A DNA stretch of 62,871 bases, filler included, from Choristocarpus tenellus KU-1152 (Eukaryota; Protista; Phaeophyceae), in NCBI GenBank assembly GCA_964200185.2. It is 9 parts of 9 records of this genome, joined end to end, with 100 filler letters (N's around TTAATTAATTAA, not from the genome) between each part and the next. Parts side by side here need not be neighbours in the genome. Positions count along the whole stretch, not along the records: positions 12,485 to 15,726 come from CAXNAD020021316.1; positions 15,827 to 32,508 come from CAXNAD020000793.1; 7 more parts are not named here. One strand, 5' to 3'. A model generated the notes under the pieces. The model was not told where the DNA came from. It was given only the letters and a program-made list of their open reading frames with translations, and searched no databases. Positions 12,529 to 26,051 of the stretch are shown here, piece by piece; the first letter of the stretch is position 1, and every line of letters begins with the position of its first letter. The translations under genes and the position numbers were made by a program.

Positions 12529-13084
12529 CGCTCCATATCCTATCCTAAACGTAGTAGCAGAAATAAAACTAATGTCACTTCCAGGTCCTGATATGTCAGT
12601 AGGCAGCGTTGAGGATCCAGCGGAGAAGGAAACCAAAAGGGAAAACACCCTTTCAATGTTTGTCCTGACAACAGCTGTGTCACAGGCGATATGTCTTGAT
12701 GACGGTTTCATAAACACCATTATGATATTGAAGTTCGAGATTTGATATATTTGTACTTCTTGATTAATTATTTATTACTTGGTCATTATGGTCCCCGATT
12801 GTGATCGACATTGTTGATCAGCCCCTTTTTATATCATTTTATTTACGATAATCCAAGTGAGAGATCCAGCATACTTGACAACTTGTGCATCAGGAGTCCT
12901 ATACCTACATCAGTATCATATATAAGACCGTGGATTGGAGCTATACATCCTGTGGAGGTGAGCATCGAGGGGCGCCTGTAACACCTGTGCTAGCGTCACA
13001 CTTGCATCTCACAGCACTCACTCTGAATTTAACTCGACGTTTAAGAGAAAACCTCCTATACCAGAGTCTCATGCTTACTCAAAA

Positions 13085-14050
13085 TAGGGTACTACCATGA
13101 AAGGAATGTCCCCCTTTCAGCACCATGAACACAAATACATACATGCACAGTATCACATGAACAAAGAAATGGAGTACTCTCATAGCAAGACTCTTCTCCT
13201 TCACAACAATAAGCGTACATGAACACAGACGCGAAATCACCATAATGTTGAAATAGTGTGCTATTGTAGAAAGACTCTCCCCCTTCACAACTAAAACTAC
13301 AAATCAATACAAGACATAAAATGAGTGTCTCACAGTCACATAGAAATATAGTATTGTTATATAAAGACTGCCCCCTTGTTGTAACCAAATCCGGTAGGGT
13401 TTTTTGGTCCACTCATCCGTTATGAAATGATCCCCCCCCCCCCTATTGCCATCTCCATTATCCTCTTGTTTGCTGCTCCAACATGCTGGAAATATCTGAC
13501 TGGTCCGCCCTCCTTTTGTCTCTTTCTCGAAGTACTCACCCCGAGTATCCAATCTCAACCGCTTTTCCACTTTCGTCCACCTCAGGACCACACTATATCC
13601 TCCACCGTAGGGAATCAGGAAAGCGTTTCAGTCGCGATTTCATCCCACAGCCTCTGATTTTGTCAAACACTAGTATCTCAATGTTTTACGAAAATCAGAC
13701 ACCGGGTAGCTAACTTAGATGGCTGGGCATTTGACCTCTACACTTACTCCTAGTAAGCTATATGCACGCCAGACCCTACACTTCCCAAAGAACCTGGTCA
13801 CACGGTCCTGACCTTAAATCCATCCAGACTGTTGCTGCTATCTCAGAAACCTCCACCCATAATAGGTTCCACAGGTCCGACTTCGACTGGTACGTTCCCA
13901 GGCGGTGGCAGCAGTGGGCACAGCGGCCTGGATAGCAGGGTGATCTCCACTGCTGACTCCATCAACGTTTTTCCAGGAATGACAACCCGATCTTGCTTCA
14001 ATTCCATGAGCACCTTAGACACAATCTCCACAGTGGAGGAAAGCTATTGA
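13085..14050 (-). repeat. Unclassified dispersed repeat family, copy 1 (possible retroelement remnant)
   Basis: 13350-13570 aligns by eye with 60305-60530 (shared CTGGAAATATCTG and CCGAGTATCCAATCTC). Carries a degenerate ~85-bp periodic array at 13089-13379. Confidence 0.6.
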
Positions 14051-14544
14051 AGACGATCTGCAGCAAGGGTTGTCTCACTTTGGCCCAGATCCCGGACTAG
14101 TGGGATCCCTTCTCTATGCAAAGACATGATGAGTACGGGTTAGAAACCCCAGGTTCCATATATTGTGTTGAAGTATTGTCCAGCTCATGTAAGATAGGAG
14201 TGACAAAAACACCATGTTCCCAAATGTTGTGGAATGATTGATCTTAAGGAGGTAATTGATCACCTACATATATAGCAACCTCAAAATACTTGGTAAGAAA
14301 CAGATTTTTTTGTTATCCACTGGTACAACAGTTCTGGGTTGAGTCAAAGTCACTGAGAGGCACGTACAGTTGCATTTTAAGGATACCGACAAATATGTGC
14401 ACATTTTCGATTTTGTATTGGGTATTTCCGGAATTATTTCGAAAAAGTTCAAATGATATTATAGAGAAATAAATATTCTCACATCGAACTTAGAACTTTT
14501 ATGTGTAGAAATATGGGTGAATTCCAAAAGATTGAAAAACAAAC

Positions 14545-14805
14545 TTAAAAAGTAAAGAGACCAAATATGTGTACATCTGGTTCAGGAGTCTCTATTCGAA
14601 TAGAGAAAACTACCTCCTGCTGTCTGTACCTCCTCAACAGACTAGATGTGGTGCACAAGATGCCGTTGAATTTTTCGGCGACTGGTAGGAAGTCGTCCCC
14701 CAGCAAGTACCCTCTTGTAGTGACTTCAACGAGACACCAAATCACTGCCAACTTTTCTGCGTTCGACAGATTCCCTCTCTTGGGTCTTTCGACTATATTT
14801 CCCAC
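14545..14805 (-). pseudogene. N-terminal HTH fragment of a plant/oomycete-type mariner transposase
   Basis: KRGNLSNAEKLAVIWCLVEVTTRGYLLGDDFLPVAEKFNGILCTTSSLLRRY resembles the N-terminus of DD39D mariners (LtdeeR.aI...LL....G.L......VA..F....Ti.R.W). No catalytic domain follows. Confidence 0.55.
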
Positions 14806-15081
14806 AATTACCTCGATTTGAAAGAGGCAGAAAGGTTTATCGCCAGAACAATAACTTTCACCATCTGTTTGCTGCTGGGGTCTGCGGCAATGTTGATGAT
14901 GTGCATGGGTATGTGTTGTCTCAAAGATTGGGAAGGGGGAAGTAATATTGCCCCAGTATTAGCCGAAACCAACAATATGATCCGATGGTGACCAGAGTTG
15001 TGAAAATAAAAAATTGAAAATTGATTTTTTGCCATCGAAGTCTAGCCTTCCAGGAGATATGATTATCTTGTTTCAATTTAA

Positions 15082-15663
15082 TACTTCGTTCCGAGCTAAA
15101 TGTAACATATCTTTTGCAAGGTTCGTTCTTCCCGGGAACGACCTAGTTCATGAACCCTCTGGACAAGGCTCAGTTATCTTATAGATTTGGAGGCGTGCAA
15201 AGTTTGAGATGGTGGGCTGTCATGACTTTGGAGGATAACCAGTGCTACGTTGACCAAGTTGCATCTGACGGGGTTCAAAAACCATATGAAACTGTCAAAG
15301 TGGGTGTTGATTGAGATGCCTAGGACAAAAGCCCTCCGTCGTTTGAGCAGCTCACTCATCCCATCGTTGCCTGTTGGCCCCAATTCTTTGCCCCAAAAGT
15401 CTGTTCGAACATTCGGGGTCCAGAACCAAACATCCCAAAGAAGAAGAGTGTGATGGCATAGTGCCTAGGCGAGAGGGCACAAGACTTGGGTGCCTTGGGG
15501 GACGGCAGCGGCCATCACAGAGAATTTCAGAATTTCCCGAATCACCATGTTCCGTCATCTGAAGGGATATGGCAGCCAGATCGCATGGGTTGAGTGCATG
15601 GGCTTTGTATGACATTGCAAGGGGCAATGTGGCTGCCGTACACGTATCCTCAATGTTTGGAAT
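15082..15663 (-). repeat. Dispersed repeat family with decayed coding potential, copy 1
   Basis: Colinear with 27724-28300 (shared GCTCACTCATCCC, AATCACCATGTTCCG and CATCTGAAGGG). Interrupted at 15664 by a MITE B end. Confidence 0.7.
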
Positions 15664-15726
15664 GAGCCAAAGTATCTGAGAGGGTAGAGCCGCGTCCATT
15701 TGGGGGTCAAAATCCAATGTTCCGAT
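15664..15726 (+). mobile_element. MITE family B end, truncated by the gap
   Basis: GAGCCAAAGTATCTGAGAGGGTAGAGCCGCGTCCATTTGGGGG matches the end at 58426 and the reverse complement at 60144-60189. Confidence 0.8.
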
Positions 15727-17066
15727 NNNNNNNNNNNNNNNNNNNNNNNNNNNNNNNNNNNNNNNNNNNNTTAATTAATTAANNNNNNNNNNNNNNNNNN
15801 NNNNNNNNNNNNNNNNNNNNNNNNNNGTATATGGCATACAGCAATAACAGTATACATGCTTTCCATATCTAGAGTACTTACTACCTATCTAGCATCTCAC
15901 CTAGCGGCCCATGTTCACCTACATGCACAGAGAAGGGGTACTGTGGGAGATTTATATATTTTATTTTCGAAAGTTTTTCAATATTTTGTCATGTTTCTAT
16001 GGATGTAGTGCTAAGTTTGTGACTCGAGAGCGTTGATTTTCTACTGTGTTTAGGAGACTTTACGACAGAATTCAGGAAATATCCTACATGAATCTGTAAC
16101 CAAAGTCAAAAATTGTAGACAGTTTCAGCAACCTTGAATGCAACTCAGGGCACCTCTCGCTTCTTTTGACTCATTTATTCTCCTCAAATCCATATTCTTT
16201 ATCCCATAGCAATCTTCTATTCAATCCTTCATGTGACTAGACTTAGAATAGGGAACTAAGGATGCCCTGACTGCCGCCATAGTTGACTGCTCCCCCACAG
16301 AATTGAAAGCAGTACCACCTACAAATCTAAACAGTGGCAGATGCAGTTGTGGTGTTTGATTTCGTGGTCGCCTCCAAAAAGGGACCCATCTTCGCCACTA
16401 TCTATGACCCTCAGTCAGTAATACACATGTCTGAAGCTGCACAGTGAGCCCCCATTTTGCCACGCTCTCTAACAAGTACTAAGGATAGGTCTCCTTTTCT
16501 CCAGACATGGTGCCTAAATGTTTACGTAGTCCAGAGAAATAAAGCGTCCTTGAATGCGCCATCAATCCAGGACACAGCGAGTGAGTGGAAGGTGTAACCT
16601 GAGGAACCAGTCCAACCATCTCTAGTCTTATCCACATCTTCATCACAAAACATCACGTCAACCTTGGCCTGGAGATCATCCTTGACCTCCTTCAGCAAGT
16701 TGAAGAATCAACGGCAATCAGGCAATATTATATTCCTGGTATTAAGGCTGGACTCATCTTTTAGAGTATGACTGCTCTCTACCACTGGTGTCAGAGATTG
16801 TCGAGATGGGGGTGTTGAGGTGCTAAGTTTGATACTACACGAGATACAACACGACAAATAAAAACAATATGAGCATGCTCAACACAAAAGTTTGATAGCA
16901 AGAACACAAATATAATAGACAAAGCGGTGAAGGGATGCAATGCAAGATTTCTTTCCTAGAGTGGCTGTGAGTCCAATACCACAGAAAAACGGAAGAGTAA
17001 CCAAATCCGATCTCTTCACTTTGAGGAATGTGTCCACACACGATGCTGCGTTCTTGACCCCGATCT

Positions 17067-17557
17067 CTACTCTCCCTTTTGAGTCCTCTCGAATCCTTGA
17101 AAAGTCTCCTTGTCCCCAGTATTGATGCAGGTGGGGTGGTTCTTCAGACTTGTGGTCGAGTTCCCCATCCGAACCTCATTGCTACGAAAGTCTCTGTTCT
17201 TGATGCAGGTTTCACATATAGTCTCGATAAGGTGTACACTGTGAAAAAATGCCACACTGGAGACTTCTCATCTTTCACCAGCTCTGTAGACGTCAATTCT
17301 ACCTTCGACCTTTCTGTCACTGTGACCTCATTCGGCTACGTTTCTACCCCGTTACATGCTGGACCTGGTCTTCCCTATGACCATAATTTATCACGTGGGA
17401 GAGTACGCCCAGCAGATGAATCCTCAAACTCTTCAGACCCAGAGCCTCCAGATAGAGGTTTCGGGCATTCCGAAGCCATCAATGAATGCTTGTGTAGTGA
17501 GGTGTAGGTCGTGACATTTTCTGATGAATCTACTCGATTTTGTTGTTCTATAAACAT
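17067..17557 (-). pseudogene. BED zinc finger, N-terminus of a probable hAT transposase (frameshifted)
   Basis: KSPVWHFF in one frame followed by ICETCIKN...GNSTTSLKNHP in the next frame gives the WxxF...CxxC...TxxLxxH BED pattern. Confidence 0.7.
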
Positions 17558-17669
17558 TAAAAACTCCTAGTTTGTACTACACGATTTTTTGTGGTATTTC
17601 CAATTTAAAATTTTAATTTTATGTGGGAGTGTTGGTTGAAGAATCAATTAAGCAGTTGGTATTGATATT

Positions 17670-17820
17670 ATTGGTCTGTCGCATCTGCACCAATGAGATC
17701 CTATGGTATGTTTATCTTCACATTTTTATGTAATATTGTACCCCCATACAACCACCACAAAATATTGACTACAACTCTGCCCAACTCGACCCACATCACA
17801 ACTTACAATCACACCAATCA
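17670..17820 (+). promoter_or_regulatory. CCAAT boxes upstream of histone H4
   Basis: ATTGG at 17670, CCAAT at 17690 and CCAAT at 17814, all within 190 bp of the ATG. Confidence 0.35.
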
Positions 17821-17852
17821 ACCGCTGAGCTATTTCAATCTCCGACACATAG

Positions 17853-18170
<318 letters not shown>

Positions 18171-18242
18171 AGTTCGAACAGCACGGTGCCTGCAATCCGT
18201 TGGTCTGGTCCACACCCCCTGCTATACGTGATCATAGCAACT

Positions 18243-18259
18243 GGTGTTCTCTAAACACC
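18243..18259 (+). terminator. Histone mRNA 3'-end stem-loop
   Basis: AACT-GGTGTT-CTCTA-AACACC-ACCC, 72 nt after the stop: a 6-bp stem with histone-like flanks and a 5-nt loop (canonical loop is 4 nt). Confidence 0.75.
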
Positions 18260-21200
18260 ACCCTTCACGGAAGAACCCTCAAATACCCGACAATCCACCC
18301 ATCACAGTACGATGAGTCCACCTGTTATTACATTTCTACAGATACTTGAGTACATCCAACATGATATGCAAGGAGGTTCAATTGAAATGTTGTGAGTCAG
18401 GAGCGTTAATACCGGTTAAAAGTTGTGGTTCTGAGTTAAAGTGGAGGATATGGCAGTTGTTTGCTGCGAAAGGTATAGCCAAAAAGTCCGCATGGTACCA
18501 ATCTCACACCAGCTTGCAAACATACGAACCAAAAGATCGCTTACGGGACAAGTGCACTATTTTGTTGTTGATTGAAATTTGTGAGAGAGTTCCATCTCAA
18601 CCTCGTTTTGTCTGTTCTCTCGCGGGGAAGTGTGCAGAATAGGAATATTGCGTGAGCATTCAACTTTGTGTGTGAGGATTTCGGTTCGGTGTGGCTTTAG
18701 TTCATTAGATGTCACTGTGTCCCTGAGAGTATATTTGGACTGATCTATGAATACTTGATATTTTAATTGATTATACTGATGCAGTAGTCATGGTATGTTT
18801 CGTGTATAACCAACATTGTGTTATGTCGAGAGGATATATTTTTTTAGATCTGTGAAAATGGGAAAGGGATTCTGAAGGTATTTAGTATTTCCAATCTGCG
18901 GTCTGTTGTTTTTGATATCCTAAATCGTATGTTTGTTAGTTGACACCTGAACCTAGCTGCTATCACAAATGTCTCCTACTGCCCCAGTGTCCCAATCCGG
19001 TTTTTGTTTTGCTTTTTGTGCTCCTTTATCATCGTAGTATCATTGTAGTGATTGACCCCCACTATCCTCCCCACATTTATGTGCTTGAAAGTACTCCAAG
19101 GTGTCATCGAACTCTATAAAGTTGCTTGTTTGCTAAGTACAGGATCTGCTGACGCAGCCCCAACCTGCTATTTTAGTAATGGGAATTTTCAAACGACTCT
19201 GTTTTCTATTCCCCTCGCCCCCTTTCTCTTGAATGTTTTCACCTCATGTAATCATGTTTAAGTTCATCCCATTCCACTGCACCCTACTCTTTGATTATAC
19301 CAAAAAACTCATGAGCATTATATAGCCTTGTTCCCCCACTCCTCTCTTGCAGAACATATTTAAGACTGCCATTGCCTGGCATTCAATGGCCACAGCAAAG
19401 AAGTCTGGCTTTGGTACCAAGTTGTAGAAGAAGCTCGTCCGAAGGAATAACTCTTGTCCAAGAGGCGGTGGTAGCTAGCAGGGAGTCAGGGTACAGTGAT
19501 TTGTTCTTACTTTGAAGTTGTTGTGCTCGATCCTTCTCCCATAGATAAAAGATGTTAAGACACTATATTGATGTACTTGATTTTTTGTGTGATACTGCAT
19601 GCAGTACCCATCTAATATAGTGCACTATTGAGTACATAGTGAAATGAGAAAGTTACGAAGACTTGATGAAATGCGTCTGACTGATTTGGATTAAGGTGGG
19701 TATGATCGATAGCACTTCTATCACCCTATCTCATTAGTATTTTACCCTTTTTTTTCAACAATATTAACGACACTGGTAAAGTCGTTGCAGGTGGGAATGA
19801 GAGATGATTGGGCGCACACTCCTGGGTACACCACTGCTGTCCTAATTAACCCCCCTGTTTCGTTGCAGAATGGTAGACTTAATTTTGGTGTGGGTTTTGT
19901 TGTGTTATTGATGGTCAGCCTTGAGAGTTGAGGTGGATGTGGGCAATCTTGTGAACTGTCAAGATTAATTTAGTATAATGTGCACTATAATAAAAAATAT
20001 ATTTTGAAGGTTCCGAAGAGCGTCACGGAAACAGGAAAATAATTGAGACAAAAGAAAAAAAGACTTGTGTTTAAGTTTTGGTAAAGCACTGTGACAAAGT
20101 TTGAGCCCTTTATATTTCCCATGCTATTGCCTTGTGGCAAACAGCTTGGAGGGGGACTGATGGACAGTACACTAGCATGCTACTACGCTTGGATGTTGTT
20201 GCCAGTGGGGGGAGGCATTGGGATAAGAAGTGTTGCGATAGCATTATTCGAGGGCTATGCATCACCACCTGCCATACATTGGTGACCTGTCTATGGGTAT
20301 GACACACACAATACACATACATGAGTGTGAATCATATTTCATTTGTATGTACATCAATCAAACAGCAAGATACTGCACCTTCTCACTGACATTTGGGAGA
20401 TATCATGTTGGGGGGGGGAGCAATGCACATCTATGGACTATATACTTGGACGTATAAAGCACTCTTCTGCAGTACATCGGGTCTTCTGGTAGATTACATT
20501 ATGTAAAAAGGCTCAACTCTTTGTACTAGAAAGCACAAACAGGAGTAATATAGTAGTATGATGTTTTAATAGTTTATACTAGGGAGGGCTGCATCAAAGA
20601 ACAGATAGAGGAGGGATCCTGATGTCATAAGACAAACCATCTTCAATAAAAGTGACTGAGTTCATAGCACAGGGGAGATGTGGCAAAAAAGGCATACATG
20701 AATGAACACAGTAGCTACTTACTCTGAGCATCACATTCATCACAGGAATATTCCGGTATCTCATTTCAAGATAAAATAATCAAACCATTCCTCTTCTGCA
20801 AGCAATCGAGAAATGGAAAGGACAAACCTAGTAAGTTACCTGATCTAAATCCCCTGGACAGGCCAGCTTCATCTGCACCATGCCAAAGCTGTACAGGATC
20901 TCTTTAGACTGCTCGTCAAACCCAGAAACAGTTGATCTTTACACCATTACCATACTAGTACATATAGCTTCCCCAAAGGAGTACTCAATCCGACACTCTA
21001 GAGTTAACCTAAATACATGCTCTTGTTTAATCAATTCTGAAAGGGCCTGCCTGTCCTTTTGGCTACCCTGTGCGGAAAGTTACACATCAGCAGCACACAA
21101 AGAAAGTAACTGAAAAGCAAAATTCCTCAAGTTAAAAGTAAACCGACAAATATGCCTTGTTTCGCATCAACTTCAACGTTGTGGGTGCTGACTGTATGCT

Positions 21201-21917
21201 AACCCTAATGCCACCAAAGAACACATAAATGCATGGGTGCAAAGCAACTGAAGTACCAACATCAATTGACATCCCACACACCCTCATACGACAAGCTGCA
21301 TTAATCAACTCCCATTAAAAATAAATACCCAAGGTAGAAGACATGACACTCAGAATAAGTACATTCCTGGCCTCCACAAGAGGTACACCCTCCCTTATTC
21401 CACAAAGCCTTGGACACCTTCTTCAGGTCTTAAGAACTGCAAGTGCCCTTTCTTACTAGATCTCTAGTCTTGTGCCCCCCCCAAAAACTAAAGAGGGACT
21501 GATATCTGTACCCTACCTGGGTAGCAACAGAAGTACTCAATGATTCCTATTTTGTAGAGAGCACTCGGTAGAATTAGACCAGGAGTGAGGGAGGCAGGAA
21601 GATACAGGGTATGTATATTGGTGCCATCAATGTTGATCGTCTTGGTATCATAATGCAGTAACTGGCCGAAAGGCTTGTTTGGTACTCCAGGAACTGCACA
21701 ATCTTGTTGGGAAGCAGGCACCCACCTAAGAAGTATCCAATCTGGGCTCATTCCTTCTGAACCAAGGAAGGTCAATACAACACAAATTATTGGGCAGTTG
21801 GCCATATTGGTATCAACAGAGTCCCTTAGGTAGGTTGGAGATGGAGAGTGGATCAAACCTGTCCTGCAGAACATGAGTGTTGCATGTATCCATGCAACAA
21901 GTTGAGAATCGTATTAT

Positions 21918-24917
21918 TTACTCAAATGCCTCATAGCGCAGCTCCTCCAGGAGATCTCTCACAGCTGCAGCAGATGCCTCTACCCTCTCTGACAAGTGAG
22001 TCATACCCTCCTCCAGAAGTTGTCCTTCTCCTCCAGGTGGGCTGAGGCCAGGCCCCAGACCCAGACCACCAGCTCCTCTACCAAGACCATTCCTGCTTCG
22101 CATGGACTCAAGATGAAGGGCAGCCGTCTGCATTGCTCATGTGATGGATTTGGGGTAAGGGTGAGAGGGAGGGATGATCCAAAACAAGCCAGGCAGGCGG
22201 GGAGGCAGCAGAAGTGAGTGCTTGGGAGTGGAGATGGGAGCAGGGGTGGGCAGGGTTTACTCTGGACTGAAACCATATCCATCTCAACTCCACACAACAT
22301 ACATACCATAGAAAATGACAGACAACATGAATAGATGCGACCTTGATCCCAGTATGCTGCAAATTGCTTGCCTAACATAGAGAAGATTAGTGAGGATGGA
22401 TACTGGAACGCCCTGTGTCACCATCACGAGGCAATATCCGTGTGCTGACAGAGCAAACTTCAGAGAGCAAAACATGTCAACACTAGATGCAGTTCTTCTC
22501 GCCAATGGTACCACCTGTCACACAACTGCCAATTGAATTCAGCGATAGGGGTCAGTTTGTCTTTCTACATTTCCCAAACAACCCTTTCACAAACCAAAAT
22601 ACAAGCGAGCCGAGACAACCCATCCTCAAGGAACCGATGACAGCTACAACTAACAACACCGAGAGGGCAAGGGCTCTTGAAGGACAAGTTCATGCGACTA
22701 GCTAAATGTGCCATGCACACTATTCTATGCAATAACAACAAGAAATAACAATATACTTCGAAGTAGTACAAAGGAGTAGGAACTGACCTAGTGAATAACT
22801 TCTCATCGATTGCCCTACCTACAAATCGAGACAAAGCATCACAATCTACAATAGCAAAAGAGCTTCCTGTATGAAAGCCTGCAAGCATACAAGTCTCTTG
22901 AGAAGATTACCCAATCCAAGATCTACACCACATCCTCCCCATCTAGAATCGGTGAAGTACAAGTTTCCACAACACATACCAGGGTCAATTTTTGCTCCTC
23001 CTCCTTTTGTATTCGGCGGATTATATCTGCTGACCCCTTACTCTCAGCTCTGGAGCTCAGCACACCCTGGAAAAAAAGGAAACAGAGACATTGGACAGGG
23101 GATGCTGTGTTGGGGAGATTGATTGGGGGAATATAGCTTTAGTCATTACCAGTGCCCTCTCAATATCTGTGCATGTTTACAATAACAGGTCTAGATCAGC
23201 TTCATAGCCTTCAAAGCTTCCAGGCGTGTGCCATGTTTCAATACGAAGAAGGCGTCAGTACAAGGTTAGGGTTAGACCTAACACCTTTTCTAGCAAGAGC
23301 AGACAGTGTCAATAGAGTACCACAATTACCAAAACGCTTCAAAAGTCTTGGAACAATTCAACATGTAGACAACCGAGCAACCCAGTTCCCCTGCCCACGT
23401 CTACCCTCTCAATCTCCATCCCCTATTCTATAGAAAAGAGGCATGTCTTGGCCTGATCTTCAAGCATGGGTGACCCTCCCTTCCATGGACAGTTCCTCCC
23501 CCTTCAATTTTCAAATCCACCTCAATGCAGTTGATGGTCTGGCTGAGAAGAGAAAACCCAGCTGTCACCTCTACACCTATAGCCCACATAAACACATCAA
23601 TTTCCATTTAGACGCCCAGTACAGGAGATGGGTGAGTAAGACGTCAGTAAGGGCAAGTACATCAAAACGAGAAGAAAAGAGAAATGCTACTTGGCTCTAA
23701 CAAATAATCATGTCTCACATCCAACCCATAGCATGAAGGTGTGACCTAGATGGCTAGGGAAACATGTATACAGGTCATTTGTAGATCTACACTAAAGGAA
23801 CAAATTCAAGAAGGGGTTGTTAGCACTGTTTACGAATAATAGATATGTCAATAGATATGTCAACCGGTCTCATCCTTCTCTGAACCCCCCCATTAATCTA
23901 CACCTTTCACCATGTACATCTATTCTGTACCCACCAAGAAATTACCAGAGCATATTGCCATCCTCCGAAAATGAAATATATGTATTGGTGTATGTATCTT
24001 CATTTCCTTGGGTTAGCTTCACTGCCAGCTCACTTTCAAATCATGAACATTTTTTTTTTTAACACCATTCATAGCAAGTGGGGGGAAAGATCTATTTCAC
24101 ATGAAACGTGATACGAATCTTAGAGATTGCTGCGATAAATTGTTCTGCGCGGTGTACAAAGTCAATATCAATTTAGCCACCTTCAACATGGCTGCACTAA
24201 ACTGGAACTGAAGGACTATGCTGAGCTTGGCTTTCGAGAGTAGGAATCAGCTAGAGCAAGGGGCAATGATGTGGGTCTTCTTCATGCATTATGGCTGGAA
24301 AAAATGGTTGAGATCAAGTCGATGTGGTCTCCTCCAAAGCAATACTAGTTCTAGATGCAATACTGAAAAAAAAAAACTCACAAAGTGGTGGATATGCAGC
24401 GTAGTCCCCACTTTGTAGCATTCCTTCTAGACCCCTGTTAGTACAGGCAGGAGGGACCGCTGTTGGGGATTAATGTGATGTATACAAAATCAGGACGAAA
24501 GTGGGTAGCCACACAGTGTTGCATGTTACCCCCAGCCAAACTCTCCAGTATTGATTTGGGATGGGGAGAAGTATATGAACGAGTATTTCGAGGGTTCAAT
24601 CAACAACCTGGGGCAGAAAAGGATACTCAGTTTACACCTATGTCACGACCCTTAGAACGTAAGTATACTTCTTGGAGGAATTGATATCATGTCAACGATA
24701 GGGCAACGAAGACAATATATGCGAGACCTTTTAGCAACCAGTTAATCAGGTTAACCTCAACTCACCTATTGAACTTACGGTAGAGAAGTACCCTCTCCTC
24801 CTGTGCCCGGGTGAAGGCCTTGACTACCTCAGTAGTCGGCATACCATCTAGGGCCTGTCGGACTTCCTCCAGTCGGGTACTTTGTCCCCGATCCTCTTGG
24901 GAGATGTCCCCCTCCAT
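21918..24917 (-). CDS. REX1BD: REX1-B (required for excision 1-B) domain protein, 5 exons
   Basis: Exons 24917?-24766, 24434-24382, 23576-23521, 23066-22980 and 22127-21918 all have GT/AG sites with compatible phases. Spliced product: ...VVKAFTRAQEERVLLYRKFNR/GLEGMLQSGDYAAYPPLC/VEVTAGFSLLSQTINCIE/GVLSSRAESKGSADIIRRIQKEEEQKLTL/TAALHLE...LLEELRYEAFE*. Start uncertain (frame is open up to about 25115). Confidence 0.85.
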
Positions 24918-26051
24918 GGCATCACTTTCATCCTTCTGCCCCACGCCATGCTGTGCCGCAGAGGCCAAGGTCTTCGCAGCATTGTTAGCAGACTGTGATT
25001 CGTTGTCACCAGTGGTCAGGTTGATCACTTGCCCCCCTCGGATATCGGTTCCAGGGGTCTGCTCCTGGCCATGAAAATTCCCACCAGGCTGACCTGCCCG
25101 CAGGTAACAGCATCCCTAATGTTACCTGCTTTTGCGGATTCCGGGTTGCATCCACTGTATAGAATCCACAGAAGCATTAGCACTCGATTGCACTAAGTCG
25201 TTGAGAAACGATCGAATTTGCAACGAAGTGAGTTTAACCAAAGTCGCACCTTTCGCAGGGAAGTGTCCTACTTCATGATCATGGGTGCATAAGCTTCGTT
25301 GGCTCAGGATCGCCAGGCACTGTGTGGGGTCCATTTCACGTAATGAAGGTGTAGATTCAGCTTTCATTGAGGAAGACGCATTCACCAAAACGTGGAAGAG
25401 GAGGAATAGCAAGGGGAGAGGGGTAAGGAGAACGGAAAGATGGGAGAGGAGGAGAGGGGAAGTTCTTATTATTATGATGCACCCACTCACAACAGGTGCA
25501 GTCTACCCGGGTAACAGTTGTGCGTCACACTTTGATAGATCACAGTACTACCTCCTCCTGACACTCCCTGTTGTATATACAGTACTTGTTGTTGCGACTA
25601 CTACTACTTTCTGTGTATTTTCGACTATTTGAAAGGACTGGAGGAAATCGCACGACGGCGAGCTGCGTGATCTGTTCAACTCTATTTTTTGTCATCCTTT
25701 CTCTATTTATGGATGTAGAAAGTATGGGTAGTGTAGATGGACGGATCTATACTCAAATTCTACTTAAAATGTTCAAATCTGAAGGATACTTCAGACTGAA
25801 AGGAGTGAGGAGACATACAACAGGATCTATAGAGTAGGAACAGCAATCAAGCCCAAGGAGCAAGGGCAATGAAGGTCAAGAAACCAAGGAAGGGTCAACA
25901 TCCTAATGCTGATGCGATCATAAAGGAGGGCGCACATCAAAGGTATACCTTAGAGTGAAGGCTATCAGATGAATCCCAATTCATTTTCACCAACTTCAAA
26001 GAACGCAGGTACACGACTGGCAGTGTTTTGCTTTTCCAGCATTGTGGTTAA

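Noticed and set aside
19296-19477. Possible minus-strand exon (LPPPLGQELFLRTSFFYNLVPKPDFF...)
   Set aside because: Open after an AG in more than one frame, with no recognisable motif or partner exon.
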